Source: Callorhinchus milii | Lineage: Eukaryota | DNA length: 42,217 nt | Direction: 5' to 3' | Assembly (NCBI RefSeq): GCF_018977255.1 | Contig: NW_024705469.1 | Coordinates: forward strand, 1 to 42,217 | In this document: in pieces, positions 35,255 through 42,217 of the stretch | Layout of the letters: each line of letters starts with the position of its first letter | Position numbering within the stretch: position 1 is the first letter of the stretch | Position numbers and translations under genes: made by a program | Notes under the pieces: generated by a model | What the model was told of the DNA's origin: nothing | The model's database searches: none | Seen by the model: only the letters and a program-made list of their open reading frames with translations

Positions 35255-35537
35255 CTTCTGCGAGATGTTAACTACTTTGCCTGGTATGCAGGAGGTCGTG
35301 GGTTCGATCCTGACCCTGATGCCTGTATATTTGGAGTTTCTACGTTCTCCCTGTGGTCGAGTTTTTTTTTTAATCCAGGTCCTTCGGTCTTTCCCTCCAC
35401 ATTTAGAATCAACGTGCTATTACAGTATTTGGCTGCCATACATTTCCACATGATAAGCCACTTCGTTGAGCTATTATTTGTGGCCAGGTCGCTTCTGTGG
35501 CTCAGTGGGCCTTTCCTGGTAAAAAAAAATCGTTTAG
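35255..35537 (+). mobile_element. V-SINE-like SINE, third copy
   Basis: GGTTCGATCC B-box; colinear with 2575-2856 and 13995-14263. Confidence 0.7.
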
Positions 35538-36614
35538 AATTGGCGTGAGAAAGCAATCGCAGCGCTACACCTTTGCAGTAATAATAACTGATTCATACAT
35601 TTTCCTACAATTGTATTTGCATTTACAAGAACCACTGTAATGTATGGGACGGTGCAATACTGTGACTCTGCCGCACAGTAAACATAGAACGCGGGTTAAC
35701 GTCGGTTAAATGGTTCCAACCGCATGCCAATGTTGGCCCAACCTTGCATGTTAACTTCGCATATATATCGGTGTACATTTTTGACAAGCAATAACTATTT
35801 GTAGAAAGAAGGCAAATGTGAATTTTACATCACGAACATTGGATATGCTTGCAACTAAAGTGGAAGGTTAAATAACGCTTGTCGAAGTTTAATTTGTACC
35901 CAAACATACTTTTAACAGCCCCCCTGTGTGTGTATTTTTAACTTCAAGTTATTTTTTTTTTCTCCACAGTCATAAACTTGTTTTTGTGGTTTCTGGAAGG
36001 GTTACCGTTACACTTTCCACTCTTGCGCTTTAAACAACACAAATATATTTTATTTCGCTTTATTGCATTAATTACCTGGGAGGCAGAGTGTTCTCTGGTG
36101 TATCTTGTGTGCGAGCAAGTCCCACAATAAAACACGCAACACAATCTCCCCACTATTGACAAAAAATGCAGCCCATTTTATGCATTGCCTTATAAAACAG
36201 TCATTAAATCGCAACATTCCATACATGTGTTGTTAATATCTTTTATCCCAATGAGCAATGTTATGCTATTAACCAAAATAATACGGTAATTGTCATACTG
36301 CTGTGTTTCTTTGAAAACATTTAGTTCCTTATCACAGTTATAGATAACGTAGGAATGCGAGTGCATCTGTTGTACGTGCTTCTAGGTAGGTCCGTAATGG
36401 GAGTGTGTATATTCCTAAATTTGGGTACAGTCCTTCAAATTGAATGTCTGTGGAAATATTACGATTCCTGACGACACCTCATTCTCAATCTCAAAAGAGC
36501 CATTTTGTTCAACTAAGTGGAGCGTGTGAATGTATCCACGTCCCTTCCTCAATAAGTGAGATAGGTAAAAGTACAGCCCTGCAATTACATTCGCTCACAT
36601 CACTGGTCACATAA

Positions 36615-37479
36615 GGGGCCGTCCATAAATTACGTCACGCACCTGGGGGGGGGGTCAGACATTTGTGACGATGTGTGACGAGAGGGGGGGGGAGTGAGAA
36701 GTGTGACGTCACATCAAAATTCGCAACTTTAAATAAATACTAGCAGAAGTACCCGGCGTTGCCCGGGTGAAAAATATATTTCTTAATAACCTTACATATA
36801 TACACAGATGGGTGCTACCCCTGCCCCCCCCCCCCCCCAGCCACGATCTCCTCGGCCGCTGTGCAGTGATATGTACGGCCTATAGTGTGGTGGGGTGTCG
36901 AGGCCTAGTACCGTGCAGAGCCTCCGGCCTCGCCTAAATTGCCCACCCGGCTGAGGCTGGGTACTGGGGCCGTTACCCCCCCCCCCCACGCTACAATAAT
37001 ACTGTCTAATCGCTATAATTTTATTATCTACCGACCTATAATAGTAATTGCACACATTGGGGTGGGGGGGGAGTGAAGAGGACGTGAAACTTTGATGAAT
37101 TTATCTCAGAGTCGCGTGTTAATGCGTGCGCATATTTTAACGGGAATTAAAAATGGTGTCCACCCCGTAGCGAATGCGTCGCTACCCATTGCCAGGGGCA
37201 ACCGCCGTGGAAAACCAAACAGACCAATCGTGTCTCGCAAATCCCTCACATTTCGTCCAATGAAACTGCGTATGGTCCGGCGACACACAGACAGACAGAC
37301 ACACACACAGACAGACAGACAGATTTGCGATTATATATATAGATAGACAACACGTTCTACTTAATTAAATATACTTTTTAATAAATATTTGAGGGGGGGT
37401 CTGACTTTTTGTGACGCCGTGTGACGAGGGGGGGTCAAAAATCATCCAAAACCACGTGACGTCATTTATGGACGGCCCC
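36615..37479. mobile_element. PIF/Harbinger-type MITE
   Basis: 25-bp TIR GGGGCCGTCCATAAAT(T/G)ACGTCACG with one mismatch. TSD TAA at 36612-36614 and 37480-37482. Confidence 0.85.
36740..37343 (-). mobile_element. Non-autonomous Helitron nested in the MITE
   Basis: Minus strand starts TCTATATATATAA and ends with hairpin CCCGGGCAACGCCGGG then CTAG. Inserted between A and T with no TSD. Contains a (GTCT)n microsatellite. Confidence 0.8.
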
Positions 37480-37559
37480 TAAGAGCCTCCATTAGAGGGA
37501 GCTCAATAGAGGCCCCAAAGATGGCTTTTGGCCAGCTCTGCCGCACTCACCAGGCAACA

Positions 37560-37745
37560 ACTCTACCATACACGGCCTGCGGATCGGGTAACTGTGGGAT
37601 AACCATTCATACTGCTGGGTGGACAGAAGTAGGGGATACACTTAAGGAACGTTTGCGCGGTTTCAACTGCTGTGCCGGGAGATTGAATCGAATCGGTAAC
37701 CCCTAGATCGCAAGTTCCGTGGGCTAACCATTCCACCACGGATGG
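37560..37745 (-). mobile_element. Degenerate tRNA-derived SINE
   Basis: Minus strand GTGGTGGAATGGTTAGC..GATTCGATTC tRNA-like A and B boxes. Confidence 0.45.
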
Positions 37746-37919
37746 AAAATTGTTTACCACAACTTGTTGACTTTTTACAAAGTCATCAACAACTCAAGAC
37801 ACAAGTTACATCCTACCGAGGTTTACATGGAGTCGGTGTGTGGAGCATTGCTTGTGTGTGTGTGAGTTGTGTGCATTGTGTGCATTGTGGTTTGCCAATT
37901 ACACTCCGATGTAGCCTTA

Positions 37920-39200
37920 TCGTCGTCGTCAGTAATAGTTATCCACTGCTGGATGAAGGTCTCGCATCCCAAACGGTGTCGATATCCAGTGCTTGGACAT
38001 CAGCTGATCTCAACGATCGCTCCATCTCTGGTGTGAACGTGCGTTCCCTCCATGAGCTTCCGCTCCTTCTTCAGCCTTAACTATCAGCCATAATTACTTC
38101 GAGCAAGGCGTCATGCCTAATGTCCACAGTCAATACGACGTCTCTAACGAGTTTGTTATCTTATCCCTAATCCGTGTGTTCCACTTTCCGTCTCTCAGTG
38201 GTATTCCAAGTGTAGTGTAGCTCTCAGAGACACCGTCTTGTTCTGTTATATGTATATTCATTGTGAATAAAGTCCGCCGACTCACTGATAATAACTTAAC
38301 GAGTAACCGCGAGTGACTGTATACACCTGGGTAACTTATGTGACTCTACACAATGCTCCCTGTGTAGCTGGCTGGCTGCACAGGAGCAGACGTGTAGTAG
38401 TCACGGAGACACGACAACTCTAGCCTTCCAAGACAACAAGGTGCCCGATCCAAGATGATGAAGACGACCCGCTCCAAGATGACGACGACGACGGCAGCTC
38501 CTTGGTTCCCCCACAACAGCAGCCCAGAGCCCTGTTCCACGCCGGCTTTTATCCCCCTCATGACCCGGCCCCGCCCCTTTTCCAGAACACTCTCTCACCG
38601 CACCTGGCCCTGTCTGTGTCCCAATTACTATTAACGACCACTTAGGTCCCCATATTACCCTTACGTGACCCTGTCTGTTCCCGGCACGTTAATTTGTAAC
38701 CACAGCCACCCGTACTATCCTTACATTCCCCTGTACTGTCCTTGCACATGGATGTGCCACGTCATGCTTATTTGCGCACCTTTCATCTTTTGCTACATTG
38801 TCTGTGACAATGTCCATGATTCTTATCGATATGTTATATAAGGTGATTAAACACGTTCTTTTTTACGTGGATTGGTGCATTGCTTTTCATTTTCTTTAAA
38901 GAACTCCAACTCGCTCTCACTCACCTATTCATGTTATCTATATATTTTTTTATCCCAGTCCACTTTCAATGTATTATACTTGTTTACCTAGGAAACCTCA
39001 CAGAGTCTCATGATGAGGGTCCTGCCACGTTTTTATAGTAGGGGGCAGGATGGGGGTGGTTTTAACTATTCATAATCCAAATTGAGTAATTTGTGGGTAA
39101 CTTTCAAATTTGGCTCTTTGGATGTCACAATATCCTTAATGTCCACTGTGAAGCAGACACCGCATCGTATTTGGACGGTTAACACACAAAGCAGTAATAA
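37920..39200 (-). pseudogene. Decayed RTE-type LINE 3' portion, interrupted at ~38211-38760
   Basis: Minus-strand remnants ESWTLSQTM*QKMKGAQ and LGIPLRDGKWNTRIR. (GAC)n-like tail near 37920. Confidence 0.55.
38211..38760. mobile_element. LTR-like fragments inserted in the LINE
   Basis: TGTAG...CTACA block (38211-38350) with AATAAA, then a block with minus-strand TATA-like and GC-box motifs. No clean TSD. Confidence 0.35.
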
Positions 39201-40241
39201 CCAGGGCGGCCGCTGGCTTTGAACTGTAAACCTCTGCAACAAGCGGCGAATGCGCTACCACTGGGCCACGTCACCTCCTATTCAATAATTGCCAAGGGTA
39301 AATGACTAAAATAATTGCCATAGGTTATTCAATAATTTCCCTAGATGTGCATACTGTGATGTATATTATCGTTGTGTTCCTCCAACATATATCTTCATGT
39401 GTTCAGTGAACTTGTTTTACATGAGTACAACAGTGCGGCCTTCTTCGTGACACTCTTCAATAACCTCCTCTATTTCATTCCTATTTAGCAAGTGTGAGAT
39501 GGTCAATACAGATTTTTTTTTCTCAATATTAATGCATTTATTTCTCCAACCAAATGTTTTGGAATCCATCGAATGTGAATCTTAATAATATTGGTAATAA
39601 TAAATAAAATATTTTTAAATACTTTTTTTTAAACACGCTTTCATGAAATGTACCGTACGAGAGTAATGGCAGAACTCCACGACTCCAGGAAGTGGGCCCG
39701 CAGCTTGCCATGACGTAAGGAGCATCCCCCCGGCCAACTCCGAGCTGCCCCTCCCTCCCGTGCTCTCTTCCCCATCGCCCCTCCCTCCTTCCACAACCCA
39801 CGCCCCTCGGCGTGGCTCCCCGCAGCTTGCCATAACGTGATTTACAGCCAACGTGAGTTCAGGGTGGACAATTAGACAATTAGACCCGTAAAAAAACAAG
39901 TATAACCCGTAAAAACAAAGTTTTTCACTATAAATCCTTTATATGCGTGGCGGCTTGAGATGGCTGCACCTATGGGTCAGACGATTGCATTGCAGCATTA
40001 AGCAATTGGTAACTAAATATAATATTTTTGTCCTAAAAAGTGTAAAATTTTGGAAAACATTTTTTACGAACATTAATTGTCACGCACAACGAGTCTGTGT
40101 GGAAAATGTCAGCTCGATTGGATCACGGGAAGTGGGTTAAAAAACGACCGAAAGATTTGCACGGTCCTAAGCAAGCAAGCGAACTTAATATAAAGGATTT
40201 AAAAATGATTGCTTACATTTTTTTATTTTTTCATTTTTAAC

Positions 40242-40525
40242 GATAGAATATAGTATTGTTATCAGTATGACATACATGTAGCACGTTTGCAGTCGATACG
40301 ACATTGGGAATACGGTTGAAACTGAGTTACAAGATTTTAGGATACAACAACAGAGTAAGTTAAATAAAAGCGTGTTTTTTATGATAGAATATAGTCTTGT
40401 CATTAGTATGACATAGGTGTTTCAAGTTTGCAGTCGATAGCACATTGGGATGTGGGTAAAATTAAGTTACAAGATTTTTTGAGGATACGACAACAGACGG
40501 AGTGAGTTAAATAAAAGCGGGTAAT
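40242..40525. repeat. Diverged tandem duplication of ~142 bp
   Basis: GATAGAATATAGT..GTTTGCAGTCGATA..GTTACAAGATTTT..GTTAAATAAAAGCG occurs twice, starting near 40242 and 40384. Confidence 0.75.
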
Positions 40526-40699
40526 AAAAATGGTGTTTCTGCCTGACGACCTTTCTTAAATGTATCTCGTGGCTACATGCACTCTCAGCCTGTTTGTGAA
40601 ATAATATTCACGTGAAATAAAAATTAAACGTGATGTATTTATTTATCTGAATGTTTACAAATAAATAAAATAACCTCAAGCATGAAACGATGCCTCAAC

Positions 40700-40960
40700 T
40701 ATTCGCACATTAAAAAAGGGATAACTGAATTGAGGAATTACAAATCAATTAACCTCTAATCACATGCAGGTAAATTGTTCGCAACGATCATTGGGAACAA
40801 CAAAAACAAACCATTTAGAGGTCCACCGACCACGTCAGAAAGCCGAACTTAGGGTGTTTTTCTACCATCGACCTCATGTACACTATTGATGAGATTCTGG
40901 CAAAGGCTAATTAATATTGATTTGACTATGACAAGGCATTTTCCTCGGTGTAAATTGATG
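40700..40960 (+). pseudogene. Non-LTR reverse transcriptase N-terminal fragment
   Basis: KKG..LRNYKSINL*SHAGKLF, FSTIDLM and DYDKAF remnants. Confidence 0.55.
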
Positions 40961-41197
40961 CAGTCATTCAAGCTCTTGCACGCAATTTTGGCTACGTGGG
41001 TACAAGTTATGGCTCTGAAAATTATTGGCAAAGTTGAATTTGAACCTGTCCTGGCTTCCTTCCTTGTGTCAACTCAACCCTAGCCACTGCTGAACAGAGC
41101 CATTGGCCCTGGGCCGATAAAGGTGCTAGTATGGTGATAATCACACCTCGTGTGCTGTGCTAAACTAAACCGTGAATGTTTGCCTGCATGTGTATCG

Positions 41198-41330
41198 GGA
41201 GTGGTCGTGTAGCGGTTAGCGCGCGACGGCTCCCAACCCGGCGACCCGAGAAAGAGATCCTGCTCAGGGACAACACCGCCTCTAGGTCGACTCAGCCTCT
41301 AATGAATATCTGGTGGAATGTGTAAACATT
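41198..41330 (+). mobile_element. Degenerate SINE
   Basis: tRNA-like head GTGGTCGTGTAGCGGTTAGCGCG, then a GTCGACTCAGCC core. Confidence 0.4.
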
Positions 41331-42217
41331 GCCACTCAGGAGACAAATGTGGCCAGAGAGATAATGCTGGCCACCCACCCCCTCCTTTCTAGTACTGTGC
41401 CGGCCTTCAGAGGTGCTTGCTAACAGCACTCGCCCAACATTTGGTCAAAGTTACATGGGGGATCATTGTCTTTGTATTGTACGTATCCTGTCATAAAGTA
41501 TGACTATTTGTTTCCAAAGTTTTCTTTTCAAATTTAGATTTCGAGAGAATCATTCAAACGTATGCTGCGTATGCTGGTTTGCCTTTTCAGACACATGCAG
41601 TGTCTATAATGGGTTATCGGTCCGTTCTGCCTTATGGAGACTGCTGAAATGTGTCCATCATTTTGGCACCGCCTCCCAACTTTTGCCCCGACCATTCTTC
41701 GCCGTTATCCTGAAAGTGGGTGACATTAAGTGGCGGCGACCTGAGCCGTGCCAACTTAGGGAAATTCCAGCCACCCATGCGCTAATTCCAACCCAACCGT
41801 GTGGAACAATGCTATCGTCTAACTTCTGACTTCAATGTGGGTGAAAGGCTAAATGCAAATCGCTGCTTCAAATCCCTGAGCAGCAAAAAAGCCGTAGAAT
41901 TCTGCGGATGTTGTCATTTCCTCGAATAGAGCCTCATCCAATGTTCGTTGTTGGGGGGAGGGGAGAGAATTGTAGCCTAAGCTCACTGGCACTAAGAGTA
42001 GGCATTTTTTGTGCAACACCATTTTTGTAGCATATAATACATACATACATTGTGTGTGAGTGTGTGTGTGCTGCTTCCGAGGATTGACGCTGGTGCTCTG
42101 AGATGGATAATGGATGTGCTTTATAAAGTGGGAAGCAATATGCTGTTAGTGGCTACTGGAAGCCTCTCTCACCCTGCGTTCCCATGCCTCCCAGTCTCCG
42201 AGAGGGCCCAAACTAAA

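Overview
This is eukaryotic, transposon-dense DNA, probably from an animal. The V-SINE-like and Gypsy content would fit a lamprey-like vertebrate, but that is inference. I recognise no intact host gene. Three large elements dominate, all on the minus strand. (1) A decayed Gypsy/Ty3 LTR retrotransposon (7063-13327, CATA TSD, tRNA-Leu PBS) sits in an RTE-type LINE remnant and carries a nested solo LTR. (2) An intron-containing, internally deleted Academ-type (AcademX) DNA transposon (14264-19333, 16-bp TIRs; transposase, XPG/PIN-like and Cys-rich domains) sits in a SINE. Its first intron holds a palindromic Penelope-derived insert with two opposed hammerhead-ribozyme motifs. (3) A young BEL/Pao LTR element (24278-31559, ~99% identical 807-bp LTRs) lacks its reverse transcriptase and most of RNase H. 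These are replaced in frame by what looks like the 5' end of a host cathepsin-L-like mRNA (signal peptide plus start of the I29 propeptide), which is the most unusual observation here. The rest is SINEs, LINE and Penelope fragments, and a Harbinger-type MITE containing a Helitron. All family calls come from motif recognition by eye, not database searches.
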